From Octopus sinensis (Eukaryota), in contig NW_021827892.1 in NCBI RefSeq assembly GCF_006345805.1, positions 1-9,481 of the forward strand: DNA of 9,481 nt, written 5' to 3'. Under the pieces are notes generated by a model. The model was not told the origin of the DNA. It did no database searches and saw only the letters and a list, made by a program, of their open reading frames with translations. Below are positions 1 through 8,350 of this stretch, in pieces; the first letter of the stretch is position 1; each line of letters begins with the position of its first letter. Both the position numbers and the translations under genes were made by a program.

Positions 1-272
1 GCTCACCAGTACAATTTTATAAAGCCAGATCAAGAGGGGCTTGGTACCTATGTGACACACCAGTGTTTTCATGTTTGGCAAAATCTGCATAAAATGGTGT
101 AGCCCTTGACATCAGTAAAACCTTTGACTGTGTATGGCAAGAGGACTTCTTTAAAAAGTCACCATCCATCTACGGACTCCATCTGTTTCTCATCTCATCT
201 GAAAATTTCATATCAGAATACTCCCTTGCAGTGTGTGATGATGGGTTTCTCTCTCATTCACATTCCATCTAC
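1..272 (+). mobile_element. Decayed non-LTR retrotransposon RT fragment (CR1/L2/Jockey group)
   Basis: Manual translation of frame +3 from 102 gives ALDISKTFDCVWQEDFFKKSPSIYGLHLFLISSENFISEYSLAVCDDGFLSHSHSIY, which resembles the generic motif ALDISKAFDRVWH..L..KL..YG.....WI..FLS.R...V.VDG..S. Upstream, with small frameshifts, lie HQYNF (4-18), ARS.G (24-38), YVTHQ (49-63) and FG (74-79), resembling 'QYGFR..RST.DLL.Y.TH.W....FGES..VALD'. It ends before the GVPQG motif. Confidence 0.75.
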
Positions 273-301
273 TTTGCCATGCTCAAAATTTGGTCAAGAA
301 T

Positions 302-517
302 AATATTCTTTTCTACTCAAGGCACAAGGCCTGACATTGGGGGGGAGGGGGCCAGTCGATTAGACCGACCGCAGCAGGCAACTAGTACTTAATATATCGA
401 CCTAGAGAGGATAACAAGAAAAGTCGACCTAGGCGGAATTTGATCTCAGAACGTAAACACAGGAAATATTGCTAAACATTTCACCTGGCGTGCTAACGAT
501 TCTGCCGACTCGCTGCC
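302..517 (-). mobile_element. tRNA-derived SINE with 12-bp target-site duplication
   Basis: TTGGTCAAGAAT occurs exactly at 290-301 and 518-529. The minus strand begins GGCAGCGAGTCGGCAGAATCGTTAG (A-box-like) and contains GAGATCAAATTCC (eroded B box). The central GTCGAC...GTCGAT..ATTAAGTAC segment resembles a conserved SINE core (recollection). Confidence 0.8.
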
Positions 518-978
518 TTGGTCAAGAATTTCATTATAACATTGATGGCGATTAGCGGAAAGAGATGGAGAAAAAAATGAAATATTATGGAGAAATATAT
601 GCAGTTAGTTTGAAGTTTTCAAATTGCGTATAAAATAATAAAGAAATAGGCAAATTTGAGAAAGCAATAAACAGAACAACTTACTTGGCCTGGCTCCTCC
701 TCAAGTAAGATTTTCAATCCTTCCACATCATTATTAAAAATTTTATTAAAGATTGAAGCCATGTCTTCTGAATAAAAGATGTCAAAAAAAAGAGTAAAAC
801 AGTTTTTAAAAACTTATAAAATGAGTTAAACAACAATAAACAGAAGTTGATGGTTCTAAAATCTTGCATAAGATAAAATTGATATTGTAAACTTCAGTTT
901 ATCTAAAGCATTATTCATAGCTGAATGTTCTTCTTGACACTAATAAACCTAACAACAGTCATTGTGTTGTGTCTCTAG

Positions 979-1077
979 GTTAGATTACAGATTGACTGGT
1001 TACAATTAAACCCTCAATATTGGAATGTACAGTCTGTTGATCAGCTACGTAGCGGCAGCGTACATCTTGAGCTATAA
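979..1077 (+). CDS. Candidate terminal coding exon of an unidentified host gene (VRLQIDWLQLNPQYWNVQSVDQLRSGSVHLEL*)
   Basis: CTAAC branch-like site at 949-953; GTGTCTCTAG/G acceptor at 978/979; 32 open phase-0 codons; TAA at 1075-1077; AATAAA at 1197-1202; possible upstream donor CAA/GTAAGA at 704/705. No homologue recognised. Confidence 0.35.
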   Translation, partial: VRLQIDWLQLNPQYWNVQSVDQLRSGSVHLEL

Positions 1078-1328
1078 ATCTGTGGATCATACCCCAGCTA
1101 CGGTGGAGGACACTTTATATCAAAGACAAACTGATTCTCCAAAGGAAGGTAAATTTACGAAAACTAGTAAAAGAATCAATGAAACAGAGTTTGTTCAATA
1201 AAACCTCCTGTATTGATCTTTGTCGAAACACTAGCAAAGTAGATGAGATCTAATCAGACACTATCAACAAGTGCTTACTTTATAGATTTTTGCAAATATC
1301 TTTATAAAATTTTTTAATAAATTTCCCT

Positions 1329-1410
<82 letters not shown>

Positions 1411-1434
1411 ATATATATATATTATATATATATA

Positions 1435-1476
<42 letters not shown>

Positions 1477-1598
1477 AAATATATATATATATGTATGTAT
1501 ATATACGTATATATATATATATATGTATATATATATAATATATGTATATATATATGTATATAGATATATATATGTATATATATATCTATATATATATG

Positions 1599-1629
<31 letters not shown>

Positions 1630-1877
1630 GTATATCTATATATATATATATGTATATATATGTATGTATATATATATCTATATATATATATATATATAAT
1701 ATGTATATATATATATGTATATATATATGTATATATATATATATATTATATATATATATACATATATATATATGTATATATTATATATGTATATATATAT
1801 ATATTATATATATATATATATTATATATAATATATATATATACATATATATGTATATATATATGTATATATATATGT

Positions 1878-1916
<39 letters not shown>

Positions 1917-1950
1917 CATATATTATATATATATATTATATATATATATA
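1329..1950. repeat. Very long interrupted (AT)n microsatellite (~620 bp)
   Basis: Continuous TA alternation with scattered G/C substitutions and phase slips. Confidence 0.97.
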
Positions 1951-2053
1951 AGCCCAGTACTTATTCTATCGGTCTCTTTTGCCGAACCGCCAGGTGACGG
2001 TAACATAAACACACCAGCATCGGTTGTCAAGGGGGACAAACACAGACACACAA

Positions 2054-2055
<2 letters not shown>
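1949..2055 (-). mobile_element. Internal fragment of the SINE family seen at 2407-2805
   Basis: 1949-2030 is identical to 2510-2591. After a 9-bp deletion (GCAATGCTA) it continues GGGGGACAAACACAGACACACAAAC. Confidence 0.9.
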
Positions 2056-2093
<38 letters not shown>

Positions 2094-2095
<2 letters not shown>

Positions 2096-2232
2096 CATCG
2101 CCATCACCACGTAACGTCCATGTTTCATCCATTTATGAGTAAGATGGATGACAGGAGTCGGCCGGGTACCCTAGGCTACTGTCTATTTTGGCAGGGATTT
2201 TACAGCTGGATGCCCTTCCAAACGCCAACGAC
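2094..2232 (-). mobile_element. Diverged RTE-type 3' tail fragment (LINE or RTE-dependent SINE)
   Basis: Reverse-complement similarity to 8925-9079: TTTTACAGCTGGATGCCCTTCCAAACGCCAAC versus the reverse complement of GTTGGCGTTAGGAAGGGCATCCAGCTGTAGAAA, with an ATCATC...TAACGTCC end. Confidence 0.8.
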
Positions 2233-2406
2233 CGGTTTTGTCCCACTGTATGACACCTTGGGCAAGTACCCAGTGAAAAACTGCCAAAATGAAGTGTTTA
2301 TGTTTGTGTAGGTGTGTGTGTGTACCTGTGCAAATATATATATATATAAATAAATATATATATATATATGTATGTATGTATATATACGTATATATATATA
2401 TATATA

Positions 2407-2805
2407 TACTCTTACTCTTTTACTCTTTTACTTGTTTCAGTCATTTGACTGCGGCCATGCTGGAGTACCGCCTTTAGTCGAGCAAATCGACCCCGGAACT
2501 TATTCTTTGTAAGCCCAGTACTTATTCTATCGGTCTCTTTTGCCGAACCGCCAGGTGACGGTAACATAAACACACCAGCATCGGTTGTCAAGCAATGCTA
2601 GGGGGACAAACACAGACACACAAACATATATATATATATATACATATATACGACAGGCTTCTTTCAGTTTCTGTCTACCAAATCCACTCACAAGGCATTG
2701 GTCGGAACGGGGCTATAGCAGAAGACACTGGCCCAAGATGCCACGCAGTGGGACTGAACCCGGAACCATGTGATTGTTTAGTAAGCTACTTACCACACAG
2801 CCACT
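2407..2805 (-). mobile_element. Near full-length tRNA-derived SINE with internal (TA)n tract and (AAGAGTA)-type tail
   Basis: On the minus strand: A-box-like TGGCTGTGTGGT (2792-2803), B-box-like GGTTCAGTCCC (2750-2760), and tandem TACTCTT(TT) tail at 2407-2432. Homologous copies at 1949-2055 and 3959-4288. Confidence 0.88.
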
Positions 2806-2807
2806 TG

Positions 2808-2860
<53 letters not shown>

Positions 2861-2984
2861 ATTTATTTGTGTGTGTGTGTTTCCATTTGCTTTAACTGAA
2901 AATTGCTCAGCTATGAACGATTAGATTATCCTTTTCCCTGTTAATAGACAAACCATTGGAATAAGTGATCCCTTGAACAACAGG

Positions 2985-3083
2985 TAAGGGTTAATAACAT
3001 AAAGGGGATCCATATGCAAAAAGAATGGATTGATAATATACTCATACAACCCATGGTAGTATGGAGAAAAGGTGTAAAATGAT
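2985..3083 (+). mobile_element. Highly decayed RTE-type 3' tail fragment
   Basis: CAACCCATGGTAGTATGGAGAAAAGGTGTAAAATGAT (3047-3083) versus the LINE end CAACCCATGCTAGCATGGAGAACGGACGTTAAACGAC; weaker match AAGGGGATCCATATGCAAAAA versus AAGGGCATCCAGCTGTAGAAA. Confidence 0.6.
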
Positions 3084-3149
3084 TGCTTTATATGCATAAA
3101 CGTACATATATAAGTCTATGTATGTGTATACTCGTGTGCATGTGTGAGT

Positions 3150-3363
3150 AGCTGTATGGCATAGTGATTCGGGTGTTACCCTCACAATATCTAGATCGTG
3201 GGTTTGATTCTTGCAATCCCCTTTCTTTCCCAAGACTTCCGAATGTTCGCCTGCTTTCCTAACCAGTGGAGTGGCATCATTGAAAACGTCAAACAATGCA
3301 AAGCACATTGTGACCAGTGATGTGTAACATCTGGCAGTATACTCGATCATGTGACTACATGAT
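3150..3363 (+). mobile_element. Decayed, internally deleted tRNA-derived SINE
   Basis: A-box-like TGGCATAGTGA (3157-3167) and B-box-like GGTTTGATTCT (3201-3211) at tRNA-like spacing. The 3' part GCACATTGTGACCAGTGATGT...CGATCATGTGA resembles a cephalopod SINE end (recollection only). Confidence 0.55.
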
Positions 3364-3486
3364 TATATATATATGTATATATATATATATATGTGTGTGC
3401 GTGTGTGTGTGTGTCTTTTGTTTTCTGTAAATTTGTCTGTGTGTGTGTATGTGTGTGTGTGTGGTGTGTGTGTGTGTGTGTGTGTA
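3363..3486. repeat. Compound (AT)n/(GT)n microsatellite
   Basis: Direct reading. Confidence 0.93.
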
Positions 3487-3490
3487 CTTA

Positions 3491-3755
3491 AGTTTGGAAT
3501 TTGAAACTATTTCTTGTGAAGGGTATCGACTTGTAACCTTTAATTAAGATCTTAATACATAAGCATTACGAAAGATGTTTTATGAATACATTTGTGTACA
3601 CTACACACCGAGACAAAGGCCAGATGACTGCTTGTATATATTATACACACACATACATACATACATACGCATAGCAGACTTAATAGGCTAAGAGAAGAAT
3701 AAGATAGGGAGGAATTGGAGGAAGCGAGGTATTGAAATAAACACTGGGTTTACAA
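3491..3755 (+). repeat. Direct-repeat copy 1 (eroded Helitron-like 3' end plus downstream flank)
   Basis: Aligns with 5118-5375; the core 3524-3621 versus 5152-5249 has 4 mismatches in 98 nt. The terminal ACTGCTAGT is mutated to ACTGCTTGT here. Confidence 0.9.
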
Positions 3756-3885
3756 TTTGAAGTTCGGAAGTGTGGAAGTTGTAAAGATAATTTATGGACA
3801 GGTCAGAAAGAAAGCTAAAACAGCAAAAGGAGTGGGAGGGAGTTACAGTTACAGACACTAAATAGATGAAACTTGACTTTATCAC

Positions 3886-3888
<3 letters not shown>

Positions 3889-3917
<29 letters not shown>

Positions 3918-3936
3918 CACACACACACACACACAT
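3889..3936. repeat. (CA)n microsatellite with one CC interruption
   Basis: TA(CA)13CC(AC)8AT by direct reading. Confidence 0.95.
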
Positions 3937-3958
3937 ATTTATATTCAGTTTTAAAAGT

Positions 3959-4288
3959 ATTTTACTTGTTTCAGGCACTTGACAGCGACCATTCTGTAGC
4001 ACCATCTTGAAGGGTTCTAGTTGAACAAATCAACCCCCGGACGTTTTTCAGCCTAGTACTTATTCTATCGGTATCCTTAAGCGAACCGCAAATTTATGGG
4101 GATTTAAATACACCAGCAACGGTTGTCAATCGATGATGAAGAGTACAAATAAACACACACGTATATATAAATATGTGACGGGTTTCTTTCACTTCCCATC
4201 TACCAAATTCAATCTGAAGGCTTCACGGAATTGAACGCAGAACCATGTGGTGGGGAAGCAAGCTTCTTACCACACAGCCATTCCTGTG
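3959..4288 (-). mobile_element. Older, diverged copy of the 2407-2805 SINE family with an internal deletion
   Basis: Collinear blocks: TTTTACTTGTTTCAG, AGTACTTATTCTATCGGT, GCGAACCGC, ACACCAGCA.CGGTTGTCAA, TCTACCAAAT, GAACCATGTG, CTTACCACACAGCCA. Confidence 0.85.
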
Positions 4289-4614
4289 ACTATATACACA
4301 GATATATACATATATGAATTTTGTAGTGTCCAGGGAGTCATTATGCCAATATCATTAACACACGCACTGGTTCGATTCCACTTCTTTATTGTTTGTCAAT
4401 ATTAAATTCATTTGTTTTCAAAATATTTTCTTTTCTAAGATGAACATAATTTTTGCATAATTCATCGATGAACGAAATGTAAAGAAATATACAGGCACGA
4501 ACACACATTTACCAACTCACACAGACACACACACACAAGCACATGCATTGGTGTATATAAATATGTATGCCTATGTATGAGTGTATACACATACATACAC
4601 ATACGTACATATAG

Positions 4615-5262
4615 ATGTATAATGATAAATGAAAATTTATTGAACCGATTTTTATGAAGTTTGGTAAACGAATGAAATAAAGTCACGTGATTGAATTTAG
4701 AAACAACAAAAATGAATTGCATGTTACGGGATTTATTGTGGATTTTTTAAAGATATTTTACTTCAGAACATTCAGTATGATGCGTAGAAGACAACATAAC
4801 ATTTTTCAATCATCTGGAGCTCAAAGCTCCCGAAGTTGAAGGTCTATGGAGACACGAGAAGAAAGGCAGGACAGGCACGGAGACAAAGAAATGTCGTAGA
4901 GACACAACAGCAACAGGAAGTAAAACATCAGTTTCAAACAACTAGGCAAGCCTGCTGGAGGGAACAAGAGACACCAGAGGGGAAACGACAGAGGTTCGAG
5001 TCTCAAGCCATTAGAAAAGCCAGCTTAAGAGGATATACGTTAACAGAACAACTTCAAAGTAACGCAGATAGAAATGCCTGCTCCAGAGAACAGGAAACAT
5101 CAAAGTAACGACAAGTCAGGTTGGAATTTAAAACTTTTTTCTTTTGGAGACTATCGACTTGTAACCTTTAACGAAGATCTTAATACATAAGCATTACGAA
5201 AGATGCTTTATGAATACATTTGTGTACACTACACGCCGAGACAAAGGCCGGGTAACTGCTAG
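4615..5262 (+). mobile_element. Non-autonomous Helitron-like deletion derivative with STPR-like coding remnant (5' boundary approximate)
   Basis: 3' end GCCGAGACAAAGGCCGGGTAACTGCTAG/T (CTAG at 5259-5262, followed by T). Coding remnant at 4777-5130 with 23-aa periodic ET-repeats. The 5' boundary is guessed from the eroded TATAATGATAAATG...GAACCGATTTTTATGAAGTTTGGTA segment. Confidence 0.6.
4777..5130 (+). pseudogene. Disrupted ORF with STPR-like 23-aa repeats
   Basis: Frame +1 reads MMRRRQHNIFQSSGAQSSRS*RSMETREERQDR. After a frameshift, frame +3 reads NVVETQQQQEVKHQFQTTRQACW / REQETPEGKRQRFESQAIRKASL / RG...REQETSK*RQVRLEF. Confidence 0.65.
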
Positions 5263-5375
5263 TATATATTACACGCACATACACATAGTAGACTTAATAA
5301 TATAGGCTAAAAGAAGAATAACAGAGGGAGGAAACGGAGGAAGCAGAGGCATTGAAATAAACACTGGGTCTACAT
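5118..5375 (+). repeat. Direct-repeat copy 2
   Basis: Counterpart of 3491-3755; core offset 1628 bp. Confidence 0.9.
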
Positions 5376-5613
5376 TGAGGGAAAATAAGTTGAAAAACAG
5401 CATCAGAAGATCTGACCTCTCTGGTTGGTTTAAATTCAAAATTGGTCAACCAGGCGTGAAGTCTTGTGAAACCACAAAAATCAGATCAACTAGAAGACCG
5501 ATCCACCACAGAGTGAGAAAGCATTTCCCCAAGACCACACCACCCAGGGCTTTATTCCGTCACTGTCAATATTGCCATGGGAAATATCGCACCAGGATTA
5601 TAGAAAGAGGCGT

Positions 5614-5964
5614 AGATGATGGAAGTACTCCGTCGGTTACAACGATGAGGGTTCCGGTTGATCCGATCAACGGAACAGCCTGCTCGTGAAATTAACGTGT
5701 AAGTGACTGAGCACTCCACAGACACGTGTACCCTTAACGTAGTTCTCGGGGATATTCAGTGTGACACAGAGTGTGACAAGGCCGGCCCTTTGAAATACAG
5801 GTACAACAGAAACAGGAAGTAAGAATGAGAGAAAGTTGTGGTGAAAGAGTACAGCAGGGATCACCACCATCCCCTGCCAGAGCCTCGTGGAGCTTTAGGT
5901 GTTTTCGCTCAATAAACACTCACAACGCCCGGTCTGGGAATCTAAACCGCGATCCTACGACCGC
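5614..5964 (-). mobile_element. 5'-truncated tRNA-derived SINE (third family)
   Basis: Minus-strand B-box-like GGTTTAGATTCCC (5936-5948) near the truncated 5' end, a short ATC-type tail at 5614-5621, and a GC-richer island in AT-rich context. The family match to octopus SINEs is recollection, not a search. Confidence 0.6.
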
Positions 5965-6271
5965 TGATATCAACCACTGAATGACAAAGATCCACTTCTT
6001 TAGAAGCACAGCACGAAGTTTGAAGCTCTGAAGTGAGCCAGACAAATGGAATCATTTACTGCATTCATGAACATTAATCGGTACTTGTCAATTATACACA
6101 TAAAATTAAAAATTAATGTAAAATATCTCCTTTTTTTAGCTGAAGGCATAAATTTATTGTAGAGATTGCATTAAATTATATGAAGAAAAAAGATTTTATT
6201 TTTTATATTCCTGTAAAATTGACTTACAAATTAAAATATTTCCTTGAAATACAAAATTCCATCAGGTATAA

Positions 6272-6667
6272 TCTTTATATATAAAAGTAAGGTTGTGTGT
6301 CTGCCTCCTACGATTTAGATTCCTAACTACTCCCACATTTTGCGGTGCAGTTTAACCAAAACCGGGTATCTTATAGTCGTGATCCATATCGAGCCCTTCT
6401 GGGTATTAGCGCGCATCTACGATGAGTCTACGATTTTTAAAAAATTTACCATAATTTGTTTCCATTTTAATGCATTTTTTCGTCATTATATAAGGGATGT
6501 AACTCTCTAAAAATGTCTACGATGAGTCAACGATTTAAAAAAAATTTTACAATCATTTTTTTTCCATTTTTAATGCCTTTTTTTGCTATTTTTTGGCTAT
6601 AACTCTCTAAAGATGCTTTATAGTTATTTCCCTTACAAACCCAAGCAACGCCGGACGATACTGCTAG
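6272..6667 (+). mobile_element. Non-autonomous Helitron-like element (396 bp)
   Basis: A/TC 5' end (A6271, TCTTTATATATAAAAG). 3' end: eroded GC-rich hairpin CCCAAGCAACGCCGGA followed by ACTGCTAG/T (CTAG at 6664-6667, T6668), matching the Helitron 5'-TC...CTRR-3' rule with insertion between A and T. Confidence 0.75.
6416..6615 (+). repeat. Two-copy 100-bp tandem repeat inside the Helitron
   Basis: TCTACGATGAGTC at 6416 and 6516; each copy has TTCCATTTT..AATGC and ends AACTCTCTAAA.ATG. Confidence 0.9.
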
Positions 6668-6795
6668 TTAGGTATAATTTTCTTCCTTTAAATTTCCTGA
6701 CATATATTTATTTCAACCTTTCTATTCTTATAAAAATGCAGGAAACATTTTTATAGTTTATATAATGGCTTGAGAAAAACATAAATGGGAATAGA

Positions 6796-6807
6796 AGAGC
6801 ATTTGTA

Positions 6808-6897
<90 letters not shown>

Positions 6898-6909
6898 ATT
6901 TGTATGTGC

Positions 6910-6945
<36 letters not shown>

Positions 6946-6980
6946 CATTTGTATGTGCATATATATATATATATATATAT
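6796..6980. repeat. Compound satellite GCATTTGTATGTGC(AT)n(AG)m, left block
   Basis: The 14-mer occurs at 6799, 6896 and 6945. Confidence 0.93.
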
Positions 6981-8266
6981 ATTCCTGGTAAGGCAGCTGC
7001 AGGAGAAATACCTAGCCAAAGATAAGCCCCTGTACCTGGCTTTCGTTGACATGGAGAAAGCTTTTGATAGGGTCCCCCGATCCCTTATCTGGTGGTCAAT
7101 GAGGAAACTAGGGATAGATGAATGGCTGGTGAGGACTGTGCAAGCCATGTACAGAGATGCCGTAAGTAAGGTTAGGGTTGGCAACATGTACACAGAAGAA
7201 TTCAAAGTAGAGGTTGGGGTCCACCAGGGTTCAGTACTCAGCCCCCTCCTATTTATCATAGTACTCCAGGCAATTACGGAGGAATTCAAGACAGGCTGTC
7301 CCTGGGAGCTCCTCTACGCTGACGACCTTGCTCTTATTGCTGAGTCACTATCAGAACTGGAGGAGAAGTTCCAGGTGTGGAAGGAGGGTTTAGAATCAAG
7401 GGGCCTTAGAGTCAACCTAGCTAAAACCAAAGTACTAATAAGTAGAAAGGTAGACAATCCACAAATATCTTCAGGAAGATGGCCCTGCTCGATCTGTAGA
7501 AAAGGTGTAGGTAGAAACTCTATAAGATGTACCCAGTGTAAGCTATGGACACATAAGAGGTGCAGCAATGTCAAGGTAGGCTAACTGGGAAGATAGTTTT
7601 TGTATGTGGCAGATGCTCGGGAGCATTAACCTCCGAAAATCTGCAGAAAACAACTTCCGTCACTTTCCAGGGGGAAAAACTAGAAGTAGTTGATAGCTTC
7701 CGTTATCTAGGTGACCAAGTCAGTAGTGGGGGTGGGTGCGCTGAAAGTGTAACTGCTAGAATAAGAATAGCCTGGGCAAAGTTTAGGGAGCTCTTACCTC
7801 TGCTGGTGACTAAAGGCCTCTCGCTCAGAGTAAAAGGCAGACTGTATGATGCGTGTGTACGAACAGCCATGCTACATGGCAGCGAAACATGGGCTGTGAC
7901 TGCTGAGGACATGCGTAAGCTCGTGAGGAATGAAGCCAGTATGCTCGGATGTGTAATGTCAGTGTACATACTCGACAGAGCGTTAGCACCTTCAGAGAAA
8001 TGTTGTACCTAAGAAGCATCAGTTGTGGTGTGCAAGAGAGACGATTGCGCTGGTATGGTCATGTGGCGAGAATGGATGAAGATAGGTGTGTGAGAAAGTG
8101 CCAATCCCTAGCAGTTGAGGGAACCCGTGGAAGAGGTAGACCCAGGAAAACCTGGGACGAGGTGGTGAAGCACGACCTTCGAACTTTAGGCCTCACTGAG
8201 GAAATGACCAGAGACCGAGACCTTTGGAAATATTCTGTACGTGAGAAGACCAGGCAGGACAAGTGA
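6979..8266 (+). pseudogene. RT ORF remnant with embedded PHD finger and two frameshifts (~7573 and ~7946)
   Basis: The ORF-track pieces 6949-7584, 7560-8012 and 7949-8266 join into one RT plus C-terminal protein with no in-frame stops before TGA at 8264-8266. Confidence 0.92.
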
Positions 8267-8350
8267 GCCCAGCCCACTTATGAATGCCTTTCCTCCCTTG
8301 GACACAAAGACCGGTTGAGGCAAGCGAAGTCGATATAGAACCTCATCCGA

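Noticed and set aside
106-303. 65-aa ORF in frame +1
   Set aside because: Off-frame overlap of the RT fossil read in frame +3.
1264-2924. YI/IY-rich ORFs (1264-1617, 1378-1563, 1542-1997, 1715-1951, 2024-2311, 2595-2924 and others)
   Set aside because: Translations of (AT)n/(CA)n tracts, which lack stop codons in some frames, joined to SINE sequence.
4369-4379. Perfect B box GGTTCGATTCC
   Set aside because: No convincing A box or cloverleaf; at most a decayed SINE head, not a tRNA gene.
3042-4722. Minus-strand ORFs 3042-3350, 3688-4005 and 4462-4722
   Set aside because: They span SINE remnants and microsatellites, with low-complexity translations.
5375-5689. 104-aa ORF
   Set aside because: No recognisable domain, non-ATG start, and it runs into the antisense strand of a SINE.
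8196-8230. Hammerhead-like CTGAGGA...GAAA
   Set aside because: No stem II, I or III pairing found, and it lies within RT coding sequence.
6708-8277. Minus-strand ORFs 6708-7289, 7314-7574, 7703-7969, 7825-8019 and 8059-8277
   Set aside because: Antisense shadows of the RT ORF or microsatellite; no independent motifs.
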